DNA of 64,000 nucleotides, from the NCBI GenBank assembly GCA_937922045.1, contig CAKZXA010000073.1, positions 26,484 through 90,483 of the forward strand, given 5' to 3'. The notes under the pieces are model-generated. The model saw nothing but the letters and a program-made list of their open reading frames with translations, had not been told where the DNA came from and searched no databases. Positions 1-10,075 of this stretch are shown here, piece by piece (within the stretch, counting starts at the first letter, position 1; every line of letters starts with the position of its first letter). A program made the position numbers and the translations under genes. The DNA comes from an uncultured Acidimicrobiales bacterium. GTDB lineage: Bacteria; Actinomycetota; Acidimicrobiia; Acidimicrobiales; SZUA-35.

Positions 1-159
1 CGTCTACCGCAGAATCCTCTACCGTAGGGGGCGCACGTGAGACGGCGACCGCAAATGCGTCGCTACTCTCAACGTGTGATTAGGGGCAATTAGAAGTACA
101 ACGGGGTTATCGGGCCCCATTGGCGGAGCATCGGGCCGACGCCCGAGGAGGATGAAACT

Positions 160-1455
160 GTGGCCTCAATTGCAATAATCGGCACCGGATATGTTGGTCT
201 GACGACGGGTGCGTGTTTCTCGCATCTCGGCCATGACGTGATTTGCGCTGACGTCGACGCTGACAAGATCGCTCGGCTTCAGGCTGGTGAGATCCCTATC
301 GTAGAAAAGGGTCTCGATCGGTTGGTCGATGAAGGGATTCGCTCCGGCAAGCTGAGCTTCGTGCTCGGTGCGGCAAACGCCTCCAAAGATGCCGAGTTCC
401 ACTACCTCTGTGTGCCCACGCCTCAGGGCGATGACGGTGCCGCCGATCTCAGCTATCTGGAAGCAGCCGCAGCCGAAATTGCCTCGGTGCTTCCAAACAA
501 CAGTGTGGTCGTCAACAAATCCACCGTTCCTGTTGGCTCTACTCGAGTGGTGGCCAGGGTGCTTGGCCGATCCGACGTGGCGGTTGTTTCAAATCCGGAG
601 TTCCTGAGGGAAGGAACCGCCGTCTCCGATTTCCTTCACCCCGATCGTGTCGTAATCGGATCAGGAGATCAGGAGGCAGCGATTCGGGTTGCCGCCCTTT
701 ACGCTCGCATCGCTGCGCCGATCATGGTCACCGACCCTGTTTCGGCTGAGACGATCAAATACGCATCGAATGCATTCCTCGCCTCCAAGCTGTCGTTCGT
801 CAACGCCATCGCCACCCTGTGTGAAGCGGTCGGCGCCGACGTTAACGACGTCGTGCTCGGCATGGGCTACGACCCGAGAATCGGCCGAGAGTTCCTCCGG
901 CCTGGCCCTGGTTGGGGTGGAAGTTGCTTCCCCAAAGACACTCGGGCCTTGGCCAAGATCGCTCAGGATGCAGGCTACGACTTCCACTTCCTCAACGAAG
1001 TCTTGCGGGTGAACGACGATCAATTCGATCGCACCGCCCAGAAGCTGATCGACTCGGTCGACGGGGCGGCTGAAGGCTCCCACATCGTTGCCCTCGGCCT
1101 TACCTTCAAGGCAGGAACCGACGATCTACGCGACTCGCCCTCGATCGAAGTTCTGAAGCGAGTGACCGCGGCTGGCATACGGGTCAAGGCCTACGACCCA
1201 GCAGTACTTGCCGACAACAACAGTTTGAGCCGGATCTATCCTGAGCTCGATATCGAAATCATGCCGGACCCCTATTCGGCGGCCGAGGGTGCGGCATCAC
1301 TAGCCATCCTCACCGAGTGGGACGAGTTCGCCTGGCTCGATTTCGACAAGCTGGCGGAAATCATGATCGGCCGCAATATCGTCGACGCTCGTAATCTTCT
1401 CGACCCGTCGGTCCCTCGCCGACGTGGTTTCAACTACCGAGGGGTTGGTCGCTGA
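160..1455 (+). CDS. ugd: UDP-glucose 6-dehydrogenase
   Basis: 431-aa ORF. N-terminal Rossmann motif [11 protein letters not shown] and catalytic-Cys motif [10 protein letters not shown] of the UDP-glucose/GDP-mannose dehydrogenase family. GAGGAGGA Shine-Dalgarno sits 7 nt before the GTG start. The stop overlaps the next ATG by 1 nt (TGATG). Confidence 0.9.
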   Translation: MASIAIIGTGYVGLTTGACFSHLGHDVICADVDADKIARLQAGEIPIVEKGLDRLVDEGIRSGKLSFVLGAANASKDAEFHYLCVPTPQGDDGAADLSYLEAAAAEIASVLPNNSVVVNKSTVPVGSTRVVARVLGRSDVAVVSNPEFLREGTAVSDFLHPDRVVIGSGDQEAAIRVAALYARIAAPIMVTDPVSAETIKYASNAFLASKLSFVNAIATLCEAVGADVNDVVLGMGYDPRIGREFLRPGPGWGGSCFPKDTRALAKIAQDAGYDFHFLNEVLRVNDDQFDRTAQKLIDSVDGAAEGSHIVALGLTFKAGTDDLRDSPSIEVLKRVTAAGIRVKAYDPAVLADNNSLSRIYPELDIEIMPDPYSAAEGAASLAILTEWDEFAWLDFDKLAEIMIGRNIVDARNLLDPSVPRRRGFNYRGVGR

Positions 1456-2393
1456 TGTCCCGTGTCGTAGTAAGTGGTGGTGCGGGCTTCCTGGGCTCCC
1501 ACATGTGTGACAAATTGCTCGATCGTGGCGACGAGGTCGTCTGTGTCGACAACCTGGTGACAGGCTCGACCGAGAACATCGAGCACCTGTTTGATAACGA
1601 GCGTTTCCGTTTCGTGCGTCACGATGTGAGCGAGCATGTCTGGATTCCTGGTGACATTGATGCGGTGATGCATCTGGCTTCGCCAGCATCGCCTGTCGAC
1701 TTTGCCCGTATACCGATTCAGATCCTGAAGGTCGGCGGTATCGGTACCCACAATCTGTTGGGGTTGGCCAAAGAAAAGGGAGCGAAGTTCCTCCTCGCCT
1801 CGACGAGTGAGGTCTACGGCGATCCTCTCGTCCATCCGCAGGTTGAGACCTATTGGGGCAACGTCAATCCCATCGGTCCGCGGAGTGTCTACGACGAGGC
1901 CAAGCGGTACTCAGAGGCCATGACGATGGCCTACCATCGTCACCACGAGGTGCCGGTTCGCATCGTTCGAATTTTCAATACCTATGGTCCTCGGATGCGA
2001 CCCGACGATGGCCGGGTCGTCTCGAATTTTGTGACCCAAGCTCTCCAGAACAAGCCGATCACCATGTACGGCGACGGATCACAGACTCGTAGCTTCTGCT
2101 ACGTCGACGATCAGGTCGCAGGCCAGCTCGCTCTGCTCGATGGAGATCACACGGGTCCGATCAACATCGGTAACGATCACGAGTTCACGGTGAAAGAACT
2201 GGCCGAGATAGTCGTCAAGGTGACGAACAGCTCGAGCGAGTTCAGCTACGCGCCGCTTCCGCAGGACGACCCGACTCGACGTCGCCCGGATCTCACCCTC
2301 GCTCGAAGTGAGCTCGGTTGGGAGCCAAAGGTCGATCTGGAAACCGGCATCGTGCGTACCGCCGAGTTTTTCGCCAAACTGCTCGGCGTCTAG
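1455..2393 (+). CDS. uxs: UDP-glucuronate decarboxylase (UDP-xylose synthase)
   Basis: 312 aa, collinear with UXS as I remember it: [26 protein letters not shown] (Y-x3-K), [27 protein letters not shown]. Translationally coupled to ugd. Confidence 0.88.
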   Translation: MSRVVVSGGAGFLGSHMCDKLLDRGDEVVCVDNLVTGSTENIEHLFDNERFRFVRHDVSEHVWIPGDIDAVMHLASPASPVDFARIPIQILKVGGIGTHNLLGLAKEKGAKFLLASTSEVYGDPLVHPQVETYWGNVNPIGPRSVYDEAKRYSEAMTMAYHRHHEVPVRIVRIFNTYGPRMRPDDGRVVSNFVTQALQNKPITMYGDGSQTRSFCYVDDQVAGQLALLDGDHTGPINIGNDHEFTVKELAEIVVKVTNSSSEFSYAPLPQDDPTRRRPDLTLARSELGWEPKVDLETGIVRTAEFFAKLLGV

Positions 2394-2433
2394 CCGGCGC
2401 CTTTAGCTCAGCGGCGTTCGTTTCGCGCCGCAG

Positions 2434-2895
2434 TTACAGACCTTGCAATAACCGGGCCGCTATCGACGCGCCTAGATTCCAGCAGCCGTCGAGAGCGTCC
2501 TGGTCGACGGCGCCCAAACACACGAAGGTTTCAGCTGCAGGCTTCCATCTGAGCCCGGCAACAATTCGCTCTACGGAAGACACGGCTCCGGTCGCGTCGT
2601 TGCGGCCGTGTACGTAGAGGCCAAAGGGACGGCCGACCGAAGCATCGAGACAATCTTCGTAAACCGTGTCGAAGAAGTGTTTGAGCGCCCCACTCATGTA
2701 GCCGAAATTGGTTGGGGTGCCGAGAACGTAGCCGTCGGCTCTCAGCACATCATCGGCTGTCGCTGCCAACGCCTCCCTCACGACCAGTTGTACGTCGGCG
2801 AGTTCCGGCTGGTTGATGCCGTCCAACAGGGCTGTCAACAACCTCTCGGTGGCTTCGGTGGGGGAGTGGTGCACCACCAGCAGTGTCGGACCCAT
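2434..2895 (-). CDS. flavodoxin-like fold NAD(P)H-dependent FMN reductase family protein
   Basis: 153 aa from the internal ATG at 2895 (MGPTLLVVHHSPT... GTPTNFGYMSGALKHFFD). The 70 upstream codons in the ORF track are Arg/Ser-rich and look non-coding. Confidence 0.6.
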   Translation of the reverse strand: MGPTLLVVHHSPTEATERLLTALLDGINQPELADVQLVVREALAATADDVLRADGYVLGTPTNFGYMSGALKHFFDTVYEDCLDASVGRPFGLYVHGRNDATGAVSSVERIVAGLRWKPAAETFVCLGAVDQDALDGCWNLGASIAARLLQGL

Positions 2896-2965
2896 CGACC
2901 CAAGCGTAGTCGTGTCGCCGGGGTGCGCTAGCGGCCGAGTTCTGCGTCTCAACGGTGAAGCATGA

Positions 2966-4156
2966 ATGGTGCTGTTTCGCCAGCCACCAGTTGCCCTCGA
3001 AGAGCTGCCAGAATCGGTTTGGATGACCCGACCTTTCGTCGCCGCCGTGGTCGAACAGTTTTGGCACCGCCTGCCAGGGGGTACGGCCACCGCGACCGAG
3101 CGCACGCTTCATGCACTCGTCGAACGGGACGAGTTCGACATTCTTGGCCTCGCCGCTCGGCATGGCGAACACCAGCGAGTTTCCGCTCATCGGGATGGTC
3201 GCCTACCCGCTGACGTTGCCTTGCGATGCTCGGCGCTTCCCCGACCCGCCCTCTACGAGTCTTGGATTCGCTTCGGTCTTCCATCGGTTGACGGGCTGAT
3301 CGGAGCCGAGGGGACCGATGCCGTGCTATGGGCTTCCAGCCTCGTCGTGCCGCCCACCCGACTACCGGTTGTTTCGACCGTCCACGATCTTGACTTCTTG
3401 GAGAATCCACAGCGATCGAGCCGGCGAGGACGTCGCTTCTTCCCTCGGATGTGGCAGGTTGCCAAACAGCGTTCCGACCATTTCGTCTGCCCGTCGCAGG
3501 TTGTGGCTGACTCGATCGTGGAAAGAGGAGTGGACGTTGAGCTGGTCGGCGTCGTGCCGTGGGGAGTAGAACCTCCGATGTGTTCGGCGCCAGATGCCGA
3601 CCGGATCCGAAGCGAGCTTGGACTGCCCGAACGATTCGTGCTCTGGGTTGGACCGATCACCCCGCGAAAAAACCCAGCAGGGGCGGCGGCCGCCATGCGC
3701 TCGGTCGACTGTGATCTTGTGCTCGTCGGTCCCCCTGGAGGACAGGAGGCGGCCGCATCTGTCTTCGACGCATTGGGAGGGCGAGTCCATCGCTTGCCCT
3801 TCGTGACGAACCATTCCCTCAGCGCCCTCTACCGAACTGCGACCGCTCTGCTTTACCCGTCCTTGGCCGAAGGGTTCGGCCTGCCGGTACTGGAAGCAAT
3901 GGCCCACGGAACGCCGGTTGTCACGTCGGCGGGCACCGCCACCGAAGAAGTGGCAGCCGGGGCCGCTCTCCTCGTCGACCCCCATGATCACGACGCCCTG
4001 GCTGAAGCCTTGTCGGCGGCGGTAAGGGAGTCGCCGGTACGAACCAAGCTGATCCAGGATGGTCTCGCCCGGGCCGCTCAACTGCCATGGTCGAACACGG
4101 CCAAGGGCTACGCCGAAATCTTTCGAGCAGCGACGAAGCGGCCGGTGGCGACGTGA
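2966..4156 (+). CDS. glycosyltransferase family 4 (GT-B, retaining type)
   Basis: HDLDFLENP, VGPITPRKN and the E-x7-E region PSLAEGFGLPVLEAMAHGTPVV. The start is uncertain (2966 or ATG 3023). Confidence 0.75.
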   Translation: MVLFRQPPVALEELPESVWMTRPFVAAVVEQFWHRLPGGTATATERTLHALVERDEFDILGLAARHGEHQRVSAHRDGRLPADVALRCSALPRPALYESWIRFGLPSVDGLIGAEGTDAVLWASSLVVPPTRLPVVSTVHDLDFLENPQRSSRRGRRFFPRMWQVAKQRSDHFVCPSQVVADSIVERGVDVELVGVVPWGVEPPMCSAPDADRIRSELGLPERFVLWVGPITPRKNPAGAAAAMRSVDCDLVLVGPPGGQEAAASVFDALGGRVHRLPFVTNHSLSALYRTATALLYPSLAEGFGLPVLEAMAHGTPVVTSAGTATEEVAAGAALLVDPHDHDALAEALSAAVRESPVRTKLIQDGLARAAQLPWSNTAKGYAEIFRAATKRPVAT

Positions 4157-5394
4157 ATGCCACCTCGTTGCCTCAGCGTTTGGCCAGATCGGCGACGCCA
4201 ACGGTCGGTGTCAACCTTCTGTGGCTTGTGCCCGGAGTCGTCGGCGGCTCCGAGGAATACACGATGCGCCTCCTCCTCGGACTGGCTGAGCGATCCACGA
4301 TCTCGGGCTCAAAGCTGAGGGTGCGCCTCTATTGCCGCCCGGAGCTTCTCGCCTCGTACCCGGAGCTCAGTCAGCGCTATGAATGCAGGCTGGCGCCAAC
4401 CACCTTCTCGGATCGGATGCCCAGCCTCGCGGCTAAGGCGGTGCGGGTTGCCCTCGAGATGAGCTGGTTGGCCCACGTGAGCCGCCGCGATGCACTCCTC
4501 CATCACGCTGGTGGTGTGGTCCCCAGCGTTCGGTCACAGCCAGCGATTGTGACTCTTCACGATCTTCAGCCACTCGAAATGCCTCAAAACTTCTCGGTGG
4601 TGAAGCGATTCTGGCTCACCCGACGGATACCTCGTTCGGTCGAGGCGGCCCGGCTCGTCATCTGCCCTAGCGAGTTCACCGCTCAATCGCTCCAGGATCG
4701 ATTCGACGTTCGTCCCGCGAAGGTTTGTGTGGTGCCCCATGGCTTCGTGGCCGGACCTGCCCTAGCCCTCGGCGATGAACTCCCAGCCGCGGTGCGGGGT
4801 CGGCGCTTCCTGCTGTACCCAGCGATCGCCTATCACCACAAACGACATTGTGACGCCATCGCGATGATGTCTCGCCTCGTGGCCGATGGGGTCGACGTCG
4901 ACCTCGTGCTTACCGGTGGCCCTGGTCCGTGTGACGAGCTTGTCGATCGCGAGATCGAACACGCCGGTCTGACGTCGAGGATTCATCGGTTGGGTCGGGT
5001 GCCGAGAGCTCAACTCGATTTGCTGTACGTCACGGCGGCTGCGCTTGTCTTTCCCTCGGCCTATGAGGGGTTTGGCAATCCTGTCCTCGAGGCGATGAGC
5101 GCTGGCTGTCCCGTCGTCGCCGCTCGCGCTGGCGCCCTTCCTGAGATTGTAGGAGAAGCTGGCCTCGTGGTTGACGTTGGCGATATCGACGGCATGGCAT
5201 CAGCCGTGCAGGAGTTGTTGAACGACGAGGCGTTGAACGACGGGCTTCGTGAGGCGGGCTACAAGCGGGCTGCGTCCTTTTCGGTGGAGACCGCAGCCGA
5301 GGCGCTCGAATCGGCCTACCTGGCCGCCCTCGGTGTGGACCGGATCGACGAGTGCATCGCCGCTCCGATCATCCAGGAGGAAAATGCACAGTAA
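4153..5394 (+). CDS. glycosyltransferase family 4
   Basis: TLHDLQPLE and PSAYEGFGNPVLEAMSAGCPVV. I prefer the GTG at 4153, which forms a GTGA stop/start overlap with the upstream GT, over the ORF-track start at 4087. Confidence 0.75.
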   Translation: MNATSLPQRLARSATPTVGVNLLWLVPGVVGGSEEYTMRLLLGLAERSTISGSKLRVRLYCRPELLASYPELSQRYECRLAPTTFSDRMPSLAAKAVRVALEMSWLAHVSRRDALLHHAGGVVPSVRSQPAIVTLHDLQPLEMPQNFSVVKRFWLTRRIPRSVEAARLVICPSEFTAQSLQDRFDVRPAKVCVVPHGFVAGPALALGDELPAAVRGRRFLLYPAIAYHHKRHCDAIAMMSRLVADGVDVDLVLTGGPGPCDELVDREIEHAGLTSRIHRLGRVPRAQLDLLYVTAAALVFPSAYEGFGNPVLEAMSAGCPVVAARAGALPEIVGEAGLVVDVGDIDGMASAVQELLNDEALNDGLREAGYKRAASFSVETAAEALESAYLAALGVDRIDECIAAPIIQEENAQ

Positions 5395-5452
5395 CAAAAT
5401 GCACAGTAAGAGGTCGAGCAGTAGAAGATCGAGCAGTAGAAGATCGAGCAGC
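5381..5452 (+). repeat. two adjacent in-frame 15-bp tandem duplications at a gene junction
   Basis: aaaatgcacagtaa(c/g) occurs twice (5381-5410). It is followed by ag(g/aa)(t/gat)cgagcagt-type units, with agaagatcgagcag repeated at 5423-5452. Encodes MHSNK-MHSKR-SSSRR-SSSRR-SSS. Confidence 0.85.
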
Positions 5453-6763
5453 ACCGCACAGGGGAGCAACACGTTGTCTGATGGATCTGCCCCCGAGGTG
5501 GTCAACACGTTGGCGGCCTCTGCGCCGCCCCCTCGGCTGTTGTCGATCTTGCTGTTCTGTCCCCACTTTCACCCTGACCTGCAGGCAGCTACCGGCGAGG
5601 TGATGACGCAGCTCGTGCATGGGTTGGCGGATCGCGGTCACCGGATCACGGTGGTCACGGCCTTGCCCTGGTATCGGCATCACGATGTCGAACCGGAATG
5701 GCGAGGGCGACCGTGGCGGCGGGAATCGACGAGCTGGGGCCAAATCATTCGGGCCTGGCCCTTTCCGACTGACAAGTCTGACATCATGGCCCGGGCCGCT
5801 GGCTTTGCCGGCCAGACAGCGCTGGCGTCGGCGCTCGGGATGATGGCAGGGCGGCACGACGTCGTCATGGGCATGTCACCGCCGATCTTTTTCGGTGACG
5901 CCGCCTGGTTGGCTGCTCGCCGTAGTCGTGCCCCGCTCGTGTTCAACACCCAAGACATCTTTCCCGACGTCGCCGTCGGTCTCGGAGCGCTCAACAGCCG
6001 ACGCGTTATCGAGCTTGCCCGGCGACACGAGCGATCGATCTACCGACGGGCCAATGCCGTCACCGTACTGTCCGATGACCAGGCCGACAATGTGAGAGCG
6101 AAGGTCGTCGATCCATCAAAGATCCATATCATCCAGAACTTCGCCGACACCGAACGGATTGTCCCCTCAGAGCGCGAGAACTGGTACCGGCACAAGCATG
6201 GTCTCAACGACAAGACGGTCGTTATGTATTCAGGAAACGTTGGCTTGTCGCAGTCGTTTGACCTGATCCGAGCGGCTGCAGAGCGATGGAGGGGAGACCC
6301 GAGCATCGTCTTTGTTATAAACGGCGAGGGAGCGGCCCGGCCCGATGTCGATGCCTGGGCTGCTGATCTAGCCAACGTGGTCGTTGTCGACTTCTCGCCC
6401 CGGGATCTCGTGGCCGACGTTTTAGCCGCCGCCGATCTGCATCTTGTTTTGTTGAAGTCAGGGCTGGCGCGAGCGAGTACGCCGTCCAAGCTTTATTCCA
6501 TCCTGGCCGCAGGCCGGCCGGTGTTGGCCAGCGTCGATGAGGGCAGCGAGGTGTGCACGGTGATCGCACGAGCACAGGCCGGGCTTTCGGTCCGGCCGGA
6601 GGACGAGAGTGTCTTCTGTGCCGCCCTCGACGATCTCCTGGCCGATGGGGCATCGTCTCTCCAGGCCATGGGTGCTCGAGGGCGTCGATACGCCGAACAA
6701 GGCCTATCACCGGAGGCGCAGGCTCTCGCCTACGAGTCCTTGTTTCTCGATCTTGTAGGTTAA
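5384..6763 (+). CDS. glycosyltransferase family 4 (WcaI/WbuB-like)
   Basis: LLFCPHFHPDLQAATGEVMTQLVHGLADRGHRITVVT is a typical WcaI-type N-terminus; C-terminal PSKLYSILAAGRPVLA. ATG 5384 overlaps the upstream stop at 5392-5394, and a duplicated ATG lies at 5399. The ORF-track start at 5249 lies inside the previous gene. Confidence 0.75.
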   Translation: MHSNKMHSKRSSSRRSSSRRSSSTAQGSNTLSDGSAPEVVNTLAASAPPPRLLSILLFCPHFHPDLQAATGEVMTQLVHGLADRGHRITVVTALPWYRHHDVEPEWRGRPWRRESTSWGQIIRAWPFPTDKSDIMARAAGFAGQTALASALGMMAGRHDVVMGMSPPIFFGDAAWLAARRSRAPLVFNTQDIFPDVAVGLGALNSRRVIELARRHERSIYRRANAVTVLSDDQADNVRAKVVDPSKIHIIQNFADTERIVPSERENWYRHKHGLNDKTVVMYSGNVGLSQSFDLIRAAAERWRGDPSIVFVINGEGAARPDVDAWAADLANVVVVDFSPRDLVADVLAAADLHLVLLKSGLARASTPSKLYSILAAGRPVLASVDEGSEVCTVIARAQAGLSVRPEDESVFCAALDDLLADGASSLQAMGARGRRYAEQGLSPEAQALAYESLFLDLVG

Positions 6764-6983
6764 CCTCACGCCTTGACGCTTAATGCCGATTGAGAACCAG
6801 ACGCCACCACGCCGAGTGGGTAAACCGTGACCTCACAGGGTTGATGCATCGACGCTGACGGGGCTGCATGGTGAGTACTGCCCAACGGTCCGGGTCGGAC
6901 CAGGACGATTCACCCGGTGGTGTTTGCCCAAATCGTTGATGTAATAAGAACTCTGGTAACTACAAGGATGTAGGACGAGAAAC

Positions 6984-7472
6984 ATGACACCACCTGTCGG
7001 AAAACCTGTCGGAATCATTCTCAGTGGCTATTTCAGCCCGCTCCATGTCGGCCACCTCGACATGATCGAGCAGGCAGCTGAACAAGCTGACACGGTCATC
7101 GTCGTCGTTAACAACAACGAGCAGCAGATCGCCAAGAAAGGCAAGCTGATCATCGAAGAAGCCGACCGCCTCCGCGTGGTTAAGGCGCTTCGAGCGGTCG
7201 ATGATGCCTTTGTTGCTGTCGACAAAGACCGAACCGTCTGCGAATCGCTTCGCCTGATAGCTGAACGCTACAGCGGCCACGATCTGATCTTCGCCAACGG
7301 TGGCGATCGTCAGTCGGGAGCGGTTGTTCCTGAGACTCCGGTCTGTGACGAGTTTGGGATCAAAATGGTCTTCGATATGGGTGGTTCGGAGAAGGCCGAT
7401 TCCAGCACCCGCATCAATATGGAACTTGGCCTGGAGACCGAAGCCTCGGCCCTCCCAAGCGTCAGTAGCTGA
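6984..7472 (+). CDS. cytidylyltransferase-like nucleotidyltransferase (TagD/RfaE-domain-II type)
   Basis: 162 aa. HxGH-type motif GYFSPLHVGH near the N-terminus and a small Rossmann-like layout with SSTRI near the C-terminus. Confidence 0.7.
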   Translation: MTPPVGKPVGIILSGYFSPLHVGHLDMIEQAAEQADTVIVVVNNNEQQIAKKGKLIIEEADRLRVVKALRAVDDAFVAVDKDRTVCESLRLIAERYSGHDLIFANGGDRQSGAVVPETPVCDEFGIKMVFDMGGSEKADSSTRINMELGLETEASALPSVSS

Positions 7473-7499
7473 TCGAACGGACGCTGCCGTCGGTTCTGG

Positions 7500-10025
7500 C
7501 TACAGGCTGTAGGCCCGCGACCAGTCGATGATGGCGTTGCCTTCCTCGGCCGAACGTTCGAGATCGACGCGGCCTTCGAGCCGCCATCCGTTGATGTTGT
7601 CGGGATCGAGCAGCGTCTGGGTGGCCAGCCCGGTCGATCGGTCGTAGTTGAACCACTGTCGAGAGCGAGCTTCGGCATCGATGCCGATGTGGTCGAACTC
7701 AGCCCAGTAGTCCTCAAGAGCGGCCTTGGCCGATTCGATCACGTCTTCGTCGTCTGACTGGGGAAGTCGAAAATAACGTTTGGCCGCAACCATCTCGACC
7801 CATCGGAACATCTCGTTTCGAACCATCACGCCGAAGGCCCGATGGTTCGACGTCACGTCGGCCGGGTCGACCGACGACGGTCGAACATCGACGTTGTCTG
7901 CCTGATCAACGCTCGTCAGCTGTTCCCACTCGTCGATGAGGCTGGAGTCGACCTGGCGAACCACCTCACCCAACCACTCGATCACGTCGCCAACCTCATC
8001 GGATTTCGTGTCGGCTGGCACGTTCTGGATGAGCGCCTTGTAAACGTCGGACAGGTAACGCAGGAGAACGCCCTCGGACCTTTTCAGGCCGTAGTGGTTG
8101 ATGTACTCCTTGAACGTCATAGCCCGCTCGAACAGTTCGCGTGCGATGGCCTTCGGCTTCACGTTGTCGGCACCGACCCAGGGGTGTTGGGTGCGGAACC
8201 GGTCGAAGCTCCCGTAGATACGGTCCTTCTCCGGCTTTGGCGCCTCGACCTCGGAGAGTCGCTCCATCCGCTCTTCGTACTCAACGCCCTCGGACTTCAT
8301 GGTCGCCATCAGCTCGTCCTTGGCCTTGTTGAGCTGAGAGGCCATAATCACCCCGGGCGATTCGAGCACCGACTCGATCGTGCTGAGTACCGATAGGGCG
8401 TAGCCGGGCTCATCGGGATCGAGTTCGTCGATTGCCTCGATGGCCCAGAGAGACAAGGGCTGGTGGAGCGCAAACTCGTCCTGCAGATCGAAGTTGACCC
8501 GAACAAGTCGTCCTTGGGGGTCGGGCTCGTCGAGCCGCTCCAAGAGCTCGGCATCGAGCAACGACCGATACATCGAGATGGCCCGCCGCTGATGTCCTCG
8601 CTGGCGACGCTTGGTCTCATGATTGGTTTCAAGGAGGGTCTTGAACGCAGCGCAGCCGTCGCCGGGCCGATCGAGCATGGTGAGCACCATCTGGTGATTG
8701 ACTCGGAAGGACGAGGTGAGCGGCTCCGGCTGACCATTGACGAGCTTGTTGAAGACATCCACGTTCCAATGGGCATAGCCCCGCTCGGGAGGCTTCTTCT
8801 TCACGACCTTTTTCTTCTTGCCGCTGCTGGCCGCCACCGCAGCCTTTTGCTGGGCGATTTCGTTCTCAACGACATGGGGCGGGGATTGCACCCATACATC
8901 GCCAGCATCATCGAACCCTTTTCGTCCGGCTCGGCCTGCGATTTGCTGGAACTCACGGTTCGAGAGAATGCGGGTCTTGGTGCCGTCGTATTTGCAAAGC
9001 TGGGTGAAGAGCACCGAACGAATAGGAACGTTGACCCCGACTCCGAGCGTGTCGGTACCGCAAATGATCTTCAGCAGTCCGTCTTGGGCCAGCTTCTCGA
9101 CGAGTAGACGGTACTTCGGTAGGAGACCGGCATGATGCACGCCGATGCCGCCGGTGATGTAGCGTCTCAGCTCCTTGCCGATCGGGGTGTCGAAGCGGAA
9201 ACCGCCGAGAGCGTTTTTTACCGCCTCCTTCTCCTCCTTGTTCAGGGGATCGATGGAGAGGTAGCCCTGGGCTGCTTCGGTCGCTTCCCGCTGGGTGAAA
9301 TGGACCAGATAGATCGGCGCTTTCTCCGCCTCCAACAAATCGGACACGGACTGATGGAGCGTGGTCTCCCGATACTCGAAGTTGAGCGGTACCGGACGTT
9401 GCGTCGAGGCGACGAGCACCGTCTCTCGTCCTGTGCGCTCGGTCAAGTCCTTCACGAAGAAGTCGGTGTCGCCCAACGTGGCCGAAAGCAGAAGAAACTG
9501 GCAGTGGGGGAGTTCGAGCAGGGGAACCTGCCAGGCCCAACCACGCTGAGGGTCGGCGTAGTAATGGAATTCGTCGGCGATCACCACGTCGACCTCAGAA
9601 AACGCACCGTCGCGGAGTGCCCAGTTAGCCAGGATCTCAGCGGTACAACAGATGATCGGGGCGTCGGGGTTGATCGCGGCGTCTCCGGTGACCATCCCAA
9701 CGCGCTCATCGCCGAAATCGCGTCTCAGAGCGAAGAACTTTTCCGAGACCAAAGCCTTGATGGGGGCGGTGTAGACGCTGCGTCGATCGGCGGCCAGGGC
9801 GGCGAAGTGGGCGGCGGCCGCCACCAACGACTTGCCAGAACCGGTCGGTGTCTTCAGGATTACGTTGTTGCCGGCGAGAAGTTCGAGGATTGCCTCCTCT
9901 TGCGCTGGGTAGAGATCGAGACCCTGTTCAGCAGCAAAGTCGACGAACCCATCGAGAAGGGCGTCCGGATCCGGTGCTGGTGGAAGATAGGCGACGAGGC
10001 CAGGACGATCGGGATCGGACGACAT
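7500..10025 (-). CDS. SF2 DEAD/DEAH-box (Ski2-like) helicase with a long helical C-terminal domain (DUF3516-like)
   Basis: 841 aa. Motifs: I TPTGSGKS, II DEFH, III SAT, VI QIAGRAGRKG. The ~350-aa helical C-terminal region resembles actinobacterial DUF3516-type helicases (family name from memory). Confidence 0.85.
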   Translation of the reverse strand: MSSDPDRPGLVAYLPPAPDPDALLDGFVDFAAEQGLDLYPAQEEAILELLAGNNVILKTPTGSGKSLVAAAAHFAALAADRRSVYTAPIKALVSEKFFALRRDFGDERVGMVTGDAAINPDAPIICCTAEILANWALRDGAFSEVDVVIADEFHYYADPQRGWAWQVPLLELPHCQFLLLSATLGDTDFFVKDLTERTGRETVLVASTQRPVPLNFEYRETTLHQSVSDLLEAEKAPIYLVHFTQREATEAAQGYLSIDPLNKEEKEAVKNALGGFRFDTPIGKELRRYITGGIGVHHAGLLPKYRLLVEKLAQDGLLKIICGTDTLGVGVNVPIRSVLFTQLCKYDGTKTRILSNREFQQIAGRAGRKGFDDAGDVWVQSPPHVVENEIAQQKAAVAASSGKKKKVVKKKPPERGYAHWNVDVFNKLVNGQPEPLTSSFRVNHQMVLTMLDRPGDGCAAFKTLLETNHETKRRQRGHQRRAISMYRSLLDAELLERLDEPDPQGRLVRVNFDLQDEFALHQPLSLWAIEAIDELDPDEPGYALSVLSTIESVLESPGVIMASQLNKAKDELMATMKSEGVEYEERMERLSEVEAPKPEKDRIYGSFDRFRTQHPWVGADNVKPKAIARELFERAMTFKEYINHYGLKRSEGVLLRYLSDVYKALIQNVPADTKSDEVGDVIEWLGEVVRQVDSSLIDEWEQLTSVDQADNVDVRPSSVDPADVTSNHRAFGVMVRNEMFRWVEMVAAKRYFRLPQSDDEDVIESAKAALEDYWAEFDHIGIDAEARSRQWFNYDRSTGLATQTLLDPDNINGWRLEGRVDLERSAEEGNAIIDWSRAYSL

Positions 10026-10075
10026 AGGGCCTGAGCCTAGCCCTTCCAGCCCGGTGTCTTGGCCCGAGGTCTTGT

